51,304 bases of DNA from Ferroacidibacillus organovorans (GTDB lineage Bacteria > Bacillota > Bacilli > Alicyclobacillales > SLC66): assembly GCF_001642725.1 (NCBI RefSeq), contig NZ_LSUQ01000017.1, positions 1-51,304 on the forward strand, read 5' to 3'. The position numbers and the translations under genes are program-made. The notes beneath the pieces were generated by a model. That model was not told the origin of the DNA, made no database searches, and worked only from the letters and a program-made list of their open reading frames with translations. Below are positions 19,853-28,948 of this stretch, piece after piece. How positions within the stretch are numbered: position 1 is the first letter of the stretch; the number at the start of each line of letters is the position of its first letter.

Positions 19853-20503
19853 GTGGTACCCGAACACTTTATCGAATTCGACCCTGTTCACCGGCAGGAT
19901 CGCCGAGGTCGCTTCTTTATTTTGTCAGGTCCTTCTGGTGTTGGCAAAAACACGTTGCTGGCAAAGGTGCTAACTGACCTGCCGTGGATGTACTATGTGC
20001 CTTCTGCGACGACGCGCGCAATGCGGCCTGGGGAGTATCAATTTCACCCTTATGTGTTTTTAAGCACAGAAGAGTTCGAAGGTTTGATCGAGAAGGGTCA
20101 GTTTCTTGAGTGGAAGCGAATCCACAATGCAAGCTATTATGGAACGCATCGCCCTACGATTGAACATGCCATCGAGCAGGGATATGATTTGATCACAGAT
20201 ATGGATGTGCTGGGGTGCGCTGACGCAGTGGCTGCCTTTCCAGAAGATACGTATACCATTTTTATTACACCGCCCAATTTGAATGTATTATCTGATCGCT
20301 TGCTGTCGCGCGACGCGGATGTAGCGGCAGTTTCGCAACGGCTAAAACGTGTAGAACTTGAGATGGGCCATATGAACAAGTATGACTATGTGCTTGTGAA
20401 TGATGATTTGGAGGTCAGCGCGCAACAACTCAAGGAATTGTTGCGCGCGAGTCTCGTTTCGGTGAAACGGGCGGGATCGGTCGCCAAAACCATGCCTTCA
20501 TAA
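19853..20503 (+). CDS. guanylate kinase-like protein
   Basis: LSGPSGVGK P-loop; SATTRAMRPGE, FLEW, YYGT and YDYVLVNDDL motifs. Confidence 0.88.
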   Translation: MVPEHFIEFDPVHRQDRRGRFFILSGPSGVGKNTLLAKVLTDLPWMYYVPSATTRAMRPGEYQFHPYVFLSTEEFEGLIEKGQFLEWKRIHNASYYGTHRPTIEHAIEQGYDLITDMDVLGCADAVAAFPEDTYTIFITPPNLNVLSDRLLSRDADVAAVSQRLKRVELEMGHMNKYDYVLVNDDLEVSAQQLKELLRASLVSVKRAGSVAKTMPS

Positions 20504-20561
20504 GCGTGCCCTGCGAGAGCGTGCGGAGCGCAGTGTACCTTCCATTTTTGAACACGCTCAG

Positions 20562-22409
20562 TTAGATGAGCGTCACGCGGTGGGTTGTCATCCACGCGTT
20601 GATTTGAATGATGTAGTCAAACAGTTGCGGAATCGCCATGATCTGCCCGAACCAAGGTTCGTGCTCCAGGTGACCGCGACTTTTTTCTATGGTCTGCCGC
20701 ACTGCGGCGACGTCGATCAAAGCAAGAACGGGCGATGAAGCGTCCGAGAGGATCGCTTCGACACGCGCGCGCGTGCCTTCGAGATACGCTGGGTGAGCGG
20801 TGGATGGATAGGGACTCTTTTTTCGATAGACGACATCATATGGAAGTATTCCCTCAGCCGCCTTGCGAAGAATTGCCTTGGGCGTTCCATTAAGGCTTTT
20901 TAGAAACCATGGAATGTTCCAGACATACTCAATCAGGCGATGGTCGCAAAACGGGACGCGCACCTCGAGACCCGCGGCCATACTCATGCGATCCTTGCGT
21001 TCGAGAAGGGTGGGTAAGAAGCGGGTCAAGTTCAAATAGCTGATCTCCCGAATGCGCGCCTCTTGCTTATCTTCGCCATAGAGTCGAGGCACCTCTTTGA
21101 GCGCGTCTGAATAGCGCTCGGCGACGTACGCGGTCGGATCGAGCTTTCCGGCGAGCGCTGGATGAAAATAGCGTATGCGATCACCCAGTCGGCGTGACCA
21201 CGGGAAGGTATTGTCGCTCAGCACCTCAGGGCGGTGAAACCATGGATAGCCTCCGAACACCTCATCAGCCGCTTCGCCGGAAAGTGCAACGGTTGCGTTT
21301 TTTTTGATTGCCTCACAGAAGAGAAACAGTGAGGTGTCAATGTCAGCCATCCCCGGCAGATCGCGCGCGGCGAGTGGTCGCAAAAGGTGTTTGAGCAAAT
21401 CGTCTGTATCTAACACAATATCGTGGTGCACCGTCTGGAGATGTTCTGCGACACGAGTCACCCACGGGGCGTCGCGCCCGGTCTGAAATGCATTTGCTTC
21501 AAAGTGCTCATCCATGCCGATGAAGTCGACAGAGTACGTGTGAAGCGTATCCTTTCCGTTCTGTTTGAGCGCGCGCGCGGCAAATGCACTGACGATGCTT
21601 GAGTCGAGGCCGCCTGAGAGCAGGGTGGCCAGCGGGACGTCTGACACCAACTGACGCGAAACGGCGTCTTCGAGCAGATCGCGAACATGCTCTGCCGTGG
21701 TCCTAAAATCGTGTTCGTGCGGCTTACTCTCAAGTCGCCAATACGTGTGCTCAGACGTGCGCTCGCGGGTGTGCAAGACAAAGGTGCCTGGGCGCACCTC
21801 GTGGATGTGTTTGAAAACGGCGAGTCCCGGCGTTCGCGCGGGGCCGATAAAGCAGAGTTCAGCTAATCCAGTTGCATCTACTTCAGGCGGGATGGCAGGG
21901 TGCGCGAGAATGGCCTTGATCTCGGAGCCGAACGCGAAGACGCCGTCACGGTTCGCAAAATAGAGTGGCTTGACGCCCATGCGATCGCGGGCGAGAAACA
22001 GGGTTTGCTCAGCCTCGTTCCAGATGCCGATGGCGAAGATGCCGTTCATCTTTTCGACGCAGGCGGGGCCCCACTCCATATACGCGAGCAAAACGAGTTC
22101 TGTATCTGAACGCGTTTGCAGGGTGTGTCCGCGCAAAAGCAACTCGCTTCGCAATTCATCCATGTTATAGAGTTCACCATTGTACGTGATACAATAATCC
22201 GAGTGAAAAAGGGAGCGAACCATGGGCTGAACGCCGCCTTCCGGATCGATGACGATCAGGCGGCGATGGGCAAATGCAGCGTGTTCGGAGAGATAGGTGC
22301 CGCTCGCGTCAGGACCGCGACAGACAAGGGTTTCACCCATCGCTTCGACAATCGCTTGCTGTTGTTCACGATGACCCGAAAAATCGATATATCCAGCGAT
22401 ACCACACAT
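20562..22409 (-). CDS. asnO: asparagine synthase (glutamine-hydrolysing), AsnO-like sporulation type
   Basis: MCGIAG, RRLIVIDPEGGVQPM, DLPGMADID, EVFGGYPWF and KKSPYP motifs, typical of B. subtilis AsnO. Confidence 0.85.
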   Translation of the reverse strand: MCGIAGYIDFSGHREQQQAIVEAMGETLVCRGPDASGTYLSEHAAFAHRRLIVIDPEGGVQPMVRSLFHSDYCITYNGELYNMDELRSELLLRGHTLQTRSDTELVLLAYMEWGPACVEKMNGIFAIGIWNEAEQTLFLARDRMGVKPLYFANRDGVFAFGSEIKAILAHPAIPPEVDATGLAELCFIGPARTPGLAVFKHIHEVRPGTFVLHTRERTSEHTYWRLESKPHEHDFRTTAEHVRDLLEDAVSRQLVSDVPLATLLSGGLDSSIVSAFAARALKQNGKDTLHTYSVDFIGMDEHFEANAFQTGRDAPWVTRVAEHLQTVHHDIVLDTDDLLKHLLRPLAARDLPGMADIDTSLFLFCEAIKKNATVALSGEAADEVFGGYPWFHRPEVLSDNTFPWSRRLGDRIRYFHPALAGKLDPTAYVAERYSDALKEVPRLYGEDKQEARIREISYLNLTRFLPTLLERKDRMSMAAGLEVRVPFCDHRLIEYVWNIPWFLKSLNGTPKAILRKAAEGILPYDVVYRKKSPYPSTAHPAYLEGTRARVEAILSDASSPVLALIDVAAVRQTIEKSRGHLEHEPWFGQIMAIPQLFDYIIQINAWMTTHRVTLI

Positions 22410-22443
22410 ACGCGTTGACCCCTCCGTCGACCGAGATAGACTC

Positions 22444-22472
22444 TAGGCTATGCGTCGCGTTGTCGCTTGGTG
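22444..22472 (-). promoter_or_regulatory. SigK/SigE-type mother-cell promoter of asnO
   Basis: Minus strand CACC-N16-CATAGCCTA. Confidence 0.55.
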
Positions 22473-22505
22473 ATGAATGCGGGAAGCGAGAGAAGAGGAA
22501 TTTTT

Positions 22506-23006
22506 GTGAGGGATGAAGAGGTATCGCGAACGTTTGCAGAGAATGAGCGACGCGAGAGCTGGATGCGCACCGCCCTTTTATGTGCGGCAAAAGCCGCGAT
22601 GTGGGGAGAAGTACCGATCGGGGCAATCGTCGTCAGTGCGAGCGGGGAGGTTCTCGGAGAAGGGTTCAATCTGCGGGAACACCTGCGTGACCCGACGGCT
22701 CACGCAGAATTGATCGCGCTGCGTGCGGCGACGCATCGGATCGGAGACTGGCGGCTGTATGGGTGCACACTCTATGTCACCGTCGAGCCGTGCATGATGT
22801 GCGCAGGGGCAATCGTTCAGAGCCGGATTGAACGTGTGGTGTTTGGCGCGGACAGTCCCAAAAGCGGTATGCTTGGAAGCTTGTCTGATGTCTATCGCAT
22901 CCAGGGCATGAATCATTATCCACAGGTTATCGCTGGCGTTTTGGCAGAGGAGTGTGGTACAATCGTGGAGCAGTTCTTTTCGCGTCGCCGAAATACGGAG
23001 GCGTGA
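22506..23006 (+). CDS. tadA: tRNA adenosine(34) deaminase
   Basis: GEVPIGA, PTAHAE and EPCMMCAGA motifs; position before scr-dnaX. Confidence 0.95.
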   Translation: MRDEEVSRTFAENERRESWMRTALLCAAKAAMWGEVPIGAIVVSASGEVLGEGFNLREHLRDPTAHAELIALRAATHRIGDWRLYGCTLYVTVEPCMMCAGAIVQSRIERVVFGADSPKSGMLGSLSDVYRIQGMNHYPQVIAGVLAEECGTIVEQFFSRRRNTEA

Positions 23007-23018
23007 TGGAACCCTTGC

Positions 23019-23108
23019 GGAGAGATGTCCGAGTGGTCGAAGGAGCTCGCCTCGAAAGCGAGTAGTCCTTTACGGGGCTCGTGGGTTCGAATCCCACTCT
23101 CTCCGCCA
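23019..23108 (+). tRNA. tRNA-Ser(CGA)
   Basis: Anticodon arm CTCGC-CTCGAAA-GCGAG, long variable arm, ends GCCA. Confidence 0.96.
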
Positions 23109-23126
23109 TTTTTATGTGGGCGGAGT

Positions 23127-23270
23127 ATGGCGTGAGTCTCAGCGCCCATCTCCTTGGGCCCTGCGCAGCGAACGCCTCCGAAAGGTGTCAGGTCCTGACG
23201 GAAGCAGCACTAAGGAGTGCCGTTCGGGTGCCGCAGTTTGCCTGGGAGGTGGCGCTGAGAGTCACGCCAT
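23127..23270 (+). ncRNA. ffs: SRP RNA (scr/ffs)
   Basis: Domain IV motif TCAGGTCCTGACGGAAGCAGCA inside a long hairpin closed by ATGGCGTGA/TCACGCCAT; canonical position before dnaX. Confidence 0.93.
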
Positions 23271-23294
23271 TTTGGGATGAGGACGGGGTGTTTA

Positions 23295-25103
23295 ATGTAT
23301 CTCGCACTATACCGGACATGGCGGCCTCAACGCTTTGATGAAGTGGTAGGTCAGCAGGCTGTCGTTCGGACACTAAAAAATGCGTTGCGCGCGAATCGCT
23401 TGGCGCATGCCTACCTGTTTGCGGGTCCGCGTGGCACGGGCAAAACGAGTCTCGCTAAAATTCTTGCAAAAGCGGTCAACTGTGAGCAGCCTGCGGATGG
23501 CGAACCCTGTAATGCATGCGCAGCGTGTGTCGGCATCACTCAAGGGTCGATTGTCGATGTGGTGGAGATGGATGCGGCGTCCAATCGCGGCGTGGATGAG
23601 ATTCGCTCGGTGCTTGAGCAGGTGCGCTATGCGCCGACGGCTGTTCGCTATAAGGTGTACATTATCGATGAAGTGCACATGCTTACGACCGAAGCGTTTA
23701 ACGCGCTTCTAAAGACACTCGAAGAACCGCCATCCGAGTGTCTCTTTCTGTTGGCGACGACGGATGTGATCAAGGTTCCGGCAACCATTGCATCTCGATG
23801 CCAGCGTTTTGACCTCTCGCGCGTCGCGAGTGATTTGGTGGTCGCCCGCCTTCGCCAGGTCGTCAAAAGTCTCGATCAGGACGTAGAGGATGCGGCGCTT
23901 TGGATGATCGCGCGCGTGACAGACGGCGGGATGCGCGACGCGCTGAGCCTGCTTGATCAACTGCTGTCCTATGAAGAGGGGCGCGTGGATGTCGAGTCAG
24001 TCACGCAGCTTATCGGTGGCATCCACAGCGAGCGTGTGGGGCGTCTCGTGGGGGCGCTATTGCGGAACGAACCTGCGCTCCTTTTGGCGGAACTCACTGA
24101 ACTTTTTGGGCTCGGCGTCGATGCGGCACATCTCCTTGGGGAACTCGTTTCCTATCTTCGGGACGGTATCCATTTGGCGCTTCGCGTGGAAGGCGCAGAT
24201 GCAAGCGATCGCGTTCACTATGATCCGACGTTCCCGGTGGTGGTGCAACAAACGGATGGCGCCACTCTCTTGCGCATGCTTGAAACACTCGCGCTCGCGC
24301 AATCGGAGATTCGCCACCAGGCGCAAGCGAGCGTGTACTTCGAAGTGGTTTTGCTCTCCCTTTTATCCGAAAAGGCGACGGTAAGATCTAGCGCGGCGAT
24401 TACGGCGGGTGAGGCGCGCGGTGCACGGCCAGAGGAGCAAAACGAAGTGACGCGCCTTAAAGAGGAGATTCGCGCACTTCACGCGCGCGTCGCTGCACTG
24501 GAGCAGTCGCCCCCGCGGCGCGCTGCGCCTCCTACCGCGAGTGTGGCACCGAGTTTGCGTGCGGCACCCCCTGTGCCTTCGTCTGTTTTGGCGGAACGAA
24601 CGCAGGGCGTACCGCCTTCTGAACGTCTCCCTGTTGAGCGGCGCGAGGATGTGGCGGATGCGTCAGTCTTATCGCGCTCGCCCTCTGTAGAAGAAGCGTT
24701 GAACGGTGTCGACGGTGAGAGTGATCCCACGCTTCTTAAACGGATTCAGGCGGATTGGAATCAGATTCTCGACGCTGTGCGTGAGGTTCGCGTGCAGACG
24801 CGTGCGTGGCTTGCGGACGGTCGTCCGGAGGACATGATCGGGAACACGATTTATGGACGCTACGCACATGCGCTTCATGCCAGTCACGTGATGAAGCAGG
24901 TCAATCTTGAACTGATTGAAGAAGTGCTCGCCAAACGCTATCAGCGGAAACTTCGCTTTGTGGCAATTAGTGAGGATGAATGGCGGCAGCGTTCGCCGAA
25001 AGCGGAGGTGGTGGATGTTACGCCACCGCAAAAGCGAGAAGCGTGGGTTGAAAAAGTGGTAGAATGGTTCGGAGAAGATGCGGTCACCGTTGTCGATGAG
25101 TAA
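23295..25103 (+). CDS. dnaX: DNA polymerase III subunit gamma/tau
   Basis: ALYRTWRPQ, GPRGTGKT, DAASNRG, IIDEVHML and SRC motifs. Confidence 0.97.
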   Translation: MYLALYRTWRPQRFDEVVGQQAVVRTLKNALRANRLAHAYLFAGPRGTGKTSLAKILAKAVNCEQPADGEPCNACAACVGITQGSIVDVVEMDAASNRGVDEIRSVLEQVRYAPTAVRYKVYIIDEVHMLTTEAFNALLKTLEEPPSECLFLLATTDVIKVPATIASRCQRFDLSRVASDLVVARLRQVVKSLDQDVEDAALWMIARVTDGGMRDALSLLDQLLSYEEGRVDVESVTQLIGGIHSERVGRLVGALLRNEPALLLAELTELFGLGVDAAHLLGELVSYLRDGIHLALRVEGADASDRVHYDPTFPVVVQQTDGATLLRMLETLALAQSEIRHQAQASVYFEVVLLSLLSEKATVRSSAAITAGEARGARPEEQNEVTRLKEEIRALHARVAALEQSPPRRAAPPTASVAPSLRAAPPVPSSVLAERTQGVPPSERLPVERREDVADASVLSRSPSVEEALNGVDGESDPTLLKRIQADWNQILDAVREVRVQTRAWLADGRPEDMIGNTIYGRYAHALHASHVMKQVNLELIEEVLAKRYQRKLRFVAISEDEWRQRSPKAEVVDVTPPQKREAWVEKVVEWFGEDAVTVVDE

Positions 25104-25160
25104 AATGCTGCGGCGCGCGGTTGCCGCGCTTGATTCGGAGAATGAGAAGGAGAGCGTACG

Positions 25161-25472
25161 ATGAAAAATATGAATCAATTGATGAAACAGGCGAAAAAAT
25201 TGCAGGAAGATATGGCGCGTGCGCAAGAAGAGTTGGGTACGCAGATTGTGACAGGTTCAGCCAGCGGTGACGCAGTGCAAGTGGATATGAATGGGCACAA
25301 AAAGGTGAGCGCTGTGCGTATTAAACCAGAAGTGGTGAACCCTGAGGATGTGGAACTGCTTGAGGATCTCCTATTGACGGCGCTTCAGGATGCGGAGCGA
25401 AAAGCGGATGCGCTGGCTGAGTCGCATGTCGGCAAATACACCAAAGGGCTGAATCTTCCAGGGTTATTCTAA
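25161..25472 (+). CDS. YbaB/EbfC nucleoid-associated protein
   Basis: MKQAKKLQ and DVELLEDL motifs; lies between dnaX and recR. Confidence 0.95.
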   Translation: MKNMNQLMKQAKKLQEDMARAQEELGTQIVTGSASGDAVQVDMNGHKKVSAVRIKPEVVNPEDVELLEDLLLTALQDAERKADALAESHVGKYTKGLNLPGLF

Positions 25473-25473
25473 G

Positions 25474-26079
25474 GTGTACAGTTTCCCGCCCGCTCTTGCC
25501 AATCTGATCGAGCAATTGAGCTCTCTTCCGGGCATTGGTCCGAAATCTGCGCAGCGTCTCGCCTTTCATCTCGTCGCGGAGTCTCAAGAGCGAATTGAAC
25601 AGCTTGTGGAAACGATGGTGCAGGCGAAAGAAAAGCTACATACGTGTCGCGAATGTTTTGCGCTCTGTGACGGTGAGCGCTGTGATGTCTGCGCGGATGC
25701 AGAGCGCGATCAGGGGACCCTGTGCGTTGTGCAGGATACGCGCGATGTGTTTGCGCTTGAGCGAATGAATGCGTATCGCGGACTCTATCACGTCTTGGGT
25801 GGGGCGATCTCGCCGCTTGACGGCGTTGGACCCGATCAACTGCATCTCCGTCCGCTGCTTGAGCGCTTAAAGCATGCAGCGATTCACGAGGTGATCCTTG
25901 CGACGAGCACCACGATGGAGGGTGAAGCGACGGCTCACTATCTGGCAAAACTTATGCGCGGCGTGGAGGATTTGCGGGTGACGCGTATCGCGCACGGCAT
26001 ACCGATTGGCGGCGATCTTGAATACGCGGATGATTTGACGCTTGCGCGCGCGCTTGAGTATCGCCACGAAATGGCTTGA
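25474..26079 (+). CDS. recR: recombination mediator RecR
   Basis: LPGIGPKSAQRLAF, C4 zinc finger, YHVLGG and GGDLEYAD motifs. Confidence 0.97.
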   Translation: MYSFPPALANLIEQLSSLPGIGPKSAQRLAFHLVAESQERIEQLVETMVQAKEKLHTCRECFALCDGERCDVCADAERDQGTLCVVQDTRDVFALERMNAYRGLYHVLGGAISPLDGVGPDQLHLRPLLERLKHAAIHEVILATSTTMEGEATAHYLAKLMRGVEDLRVTRIAHGIPIGGDLEYADDLTLARALEYRHEMA

Positions 26080-26210
26080 TGGGAATCGATTTTCGCTTCT
26101 TTTTAACGGTATGACGCAAGTTTGCGTCATACTTTTTTTTTGTCTGACTATACTCTACTAACCCGATTGCTAGGGGATTGCTGACACGCAAATCGAGAGG
26201 GGTAGTCAGA

Positions 26211-26543
26211 GTGGCGAGTGAGTCAAGAGAAATGGTCAATCCCCATCAGGAACTTTTGGAAGAGATCGCTTTTGCAAAGGAGCAATTGCAGATTGCAAGA
26301 GAACACTTTGACTATGCGGACGGACAGGATGCGGTTGACGACGCAATCTATCTCTTATCTGCGGCAGAGATGAGGTACGAAGGTCTTTTGCGCATCGCGA
26401 AGCATCGCGGATTGATGGTTGACGCGAAAGGCCGTGCTTTGGTGACGTTACAGCGTCCATTGGAGAGGGAGCGTATCGCGCAAAAACTGAATCCTGACGT
26501 GATAAGCATGGATGAGGCGAGGTACAGAGAATCAGGTCTTTAA
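26211..26543 (+). CDS. YaaL/DUF2508 family protein
   Basis: FDYA..DAVDDAIY.L.AAE.RY motif; lies between recR and bofA. Confidence 0.8.
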   Translation: MASESREMVNPHQELLEEIAFAKEQLQIAREHFDYADGQDAVDDAIYLLSAAEMRYEGLLRIAKHRGLMVDAKGRALVTLQRPLERERIAQKLNPDVISMDEARYRESGL

Positions 26544-26573
26544 AAATCTGCGGGGAATGAGGGGGGGCATCGC

Positions 26574-26840
26574 ATGCCTGCGTATCAAATCTGGTTGATC
26601 CTCGCCGGAGGGGTTGTTCTCTTGCTGCTTTTGCGCAGTATGTATCGCGATCCGTCGCGCTATGTGGTTGGGCTTCTAAAGAACGTGATTCTCGGCGGCG
26701 CGGTCTACGTTCTGATCAATAATACACTGCGCACACACGGGTTTCACATTCCGCTGAATTGGGGGACGGTTGCCGTCACTGGAATTCTTGGCGTTCCTGG
26801 AATCGCGGCGCTCACGGTAATCGACCATTGGCTTCTTTAA
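26574..26840 (+). CDS. bofA: pro-sigmaK processing inhibitor BofA
   Basis: Small membrane protein with HIPLN..T..V.GILGVPG motif; conserved synteny. Confidence 0.85.
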   Translation: MPAYQIWLILAGGVVLLLLLRSMYRDPSRYVVGLLKNVILGGAVYVLINNTLRTHGFHIPLNWGTVAVTGILGVPGIAALTVIDHWLL

Positions 26841-28468
26841 GCGCGCAGGAAGCGGCTTATCAGTCTCCCGACAAGCGGTAAATGGACGAGTTCATCGAGC
26901 GTCGATGCTTTGAAAAAGAATGCGGATAAGAGATAAATGGGTATCCCGAGCGCGAGCCCGAGGAGCAGGATCGCGAGTGCAAGCAAACGCGAGTGATCGA
27001 GTGTGAGCGCGTGTGCAACCGATTGGCCGACGCGCTCAATGCCATAGAGCCACGCCCCGAAAACGAGTGTTGCGAGAAAGGGTCTGACACTCAGTTTGAC
27101 ATAGGAGATACGCAGCCCTGAGATGCGGCGAATCAACGCCATGTTGAGCCAGGAGGACAGTGCGTATTCGGCGATACTTGCATACGCTGCGCCTGCAATG
27201 CCATAGATCGGAATGAGTGTGAGGTTTAAAGCAAGTTTTAGGACTGCGCCTGCCGCCATATGGACGACAGGGCGATAGAACGCATTGTATCCTTGGAGGA
27301 TATACGTTGAGACCAATTCAAGTCCAGAGAGAACAACAATGATGGAGGTTGCCTTCATCATTGTGACGCCATCTGTCCCGCGAAACAATGCGATGTCAAT
27401 CGGGCGCGCCATCGTAAAAAGTACGGCAAACGCGGGAAGCGCGATGAGTGTCGACATATGCAGCGCTTGGTGCAGGCGCGTGCGCGTCAGCGCAGGATTG
27501 CGTAGTGTGACGCTCTCCGAGATGGCGGGAAGCGCGGATGTGCCGATGGCTGTTGCGAACGAGAGGGGCAACTGGATTAAACGGAGCGCTTCGCCAGAGT
27601 AAACACCGTACTGTGAAAACGCGCTTACAAGCGTGGCGCCGCTTGTAACGAGTACGCGTGGAACGGTCCATCCGTCGATGGTTTGCGAGATCGGCAAGAC
27701 GAGTGTTCCAAGTGTGATTGGGAGCGACATCGCAAAGAGATTGCGCAAGATGGGCCGCGCGCGCAGCGCCGATTTTTTGAGGTGGGGCAAGCGGCGAAGG
27801 GTTTCTCTGCGCATTTTTTTTACGGATTGCAAAAGCAACATAAAGGCTGTAATCGCGCCGGCGGTGGCGCCAAACGTGGCGATCGCCGCAGTCACGGTAG
27901 GACCTGCCCCCATCTTTACCGCGATGATCAGCGCTAAAAGGACGACGACGACGCGCGTGATTTGCTCGACGACCTGCGATGCGCCGGACTGTTTTAATCG
28001 AAAGTTTCCTTGGAGATAGCCGCGCTGCGCACTCATGAGGGGAAGCAGCAAAAGTGCTGGCGCGAGTGCGCGGATCGCGGGAATGGCAGCGATGCGCATG
28101 GCGTCTCCGGGGACCGATAGTCCGACGAGGTAGGGGCCTGCAAACCACATAATGAGAAACGCGGGGATGCCAAGGAGCATCAAGAAGCGACCTACGATAC
28201 TGAACATGTGGCTGGCTTCGCGAAGCTTTCCTTGTGCGACAAAGTCACTGATCGATTTTGAGAGGGCGAGTGGGAAACCGGCTGTTGACAGGGTGATCAT
28301 GACGGTATAAAGAGGATAGACGAGTTGATATAATCCGAGTGCGTAATTGCCGATCAGGTTTTGCATTGGCACGATGAGCGCAATCCCAAGGATTCGGGAG
28401 ATGAAAACAGCACTTACCATAGATGACGCTCCGCGGCGAAATTTTGTTTCATCCGAATCGGGCCTCAT
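26837..28468 (-). CDS. SpoVB/MurJ-like polysaccharide biosynthesis flippase (MOP family)
   Basis: ISRILG, STAGFPLALSK, RGYLQG and SQVVEQITRV motifs; ~14 TM segments. Confidence 0.88.
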   Translation of the reverse strand: MRPDSDETKFRRGASSMVSAVFISRILGIALIVPMQNLIGNYALGLYQLVYPLYTVMITLSTAGFPLALSKSISDFVAQGKLREASHMFSIVGRFLMLLGIPAFLIMWFAGPYLVGLSVPGDAMRIAAIPAIRALAPALLLLPLMSAQRGYLQGNFRLKQSGASQVVEQITRVVVVLLALIIAVKMGAGPTVTAAIATFGATAGAITAFMLLLQSVKKMRRETLRRLPHLKKSALRARPILRNLFAMSLPITLGTLVLPISQTIDGWTVPRVLVTSGATLVSAFSQYGVYSGEALRLIQLPLSFATAIGTSALPAISESVTLRNPALTRTRLHQALHMSTLIALPAFAVLFTMARPIDIALFRGTDGVTMMKATSIIVVLSGLELVSTYILQGYNAFYRPVVHMAAGAVLKLALNLTLIPIYGIAGAAYASIAEYALSSWLNMALIRRISGLRISYVKLSVRPFLATLVFGAWLYGIERVGQSVAHALTLDHSRLLALAILLLGLALGIPIYLLSAFFFKASTLDELVHLPLVGRLISRFLRA

Positions 28469-28593
28469 CCATATTCCTCCTAAAACGCATCATCATCGCC
28501 CCAGTATACCACAGCCCGTACTTTATCCCTTGTGGCACTTCTTCTCTTCGTTTCATAGGGTATAGGCGTTAGCCACCCGTACCCCGTACCCTC

Positions 28594-28623
28594 GTATAAA
28601 TGGGTCGCTAGAGAGGTATACTG
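28594..28623 (+). promoter_or_regulatory. SigF-type promoter of csfB
   Basis: GTATA-N15-AGGTATACTG; csfB is SigF-controlled in B. subtilis. Confidence 0.55.
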
Positions 28624-28653
28624 TTTGATAGACCTCAGACGAGGAGTCGGCGC

Positions 28654-28857
28654 ATGATGGAAGAAGAGCAATGTTGTTTGATTTGCGAAGCGCGCGTCCG
28701 CGAAGGGATCGTTCTGCTCGGACACACGATCTGTGCGGATTGTGAACAGGAAATGATTCACACCGAAGTAGACGACGAGCTGTACGCTTATTTTGTTGAA
28801 AAACTGCGCACATTGTGGTTTGAATTGACGATGCGCCCGGAGACGGGAACGCCGTAA
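28654..28857 (+). CDS. csfB: sigma-G inhibitor Gin/CsfB
   Basis: CLIC...GI...ICADCE Zn motif and Y.YFVEKL; synteny before yaaO. Confidence 0.88.
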   Translation: MMEEEQCCLICEARVREGIVLLGHTICADCEQEMIHTEVDDELYAYFVEKLRTLWFELTMRPETGTP

Positions 28858-28948
28858 TACGGTTGCCAGTCTCTACGCTTAAACGAGGTGATCCTGCACA
28901 CTGTGGCAGGATTTTTCCTTGTCTAAGGCGAATGATAAGGGTATGAAC

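Noticed and set aside
23295..25103. Programmed frameshift in dnaX producing gamma
   Set aside because: No A-AAA-AAG or long poly-A slippery site was noticed; the Pro/Ala-rich segment is an ordinary linker.
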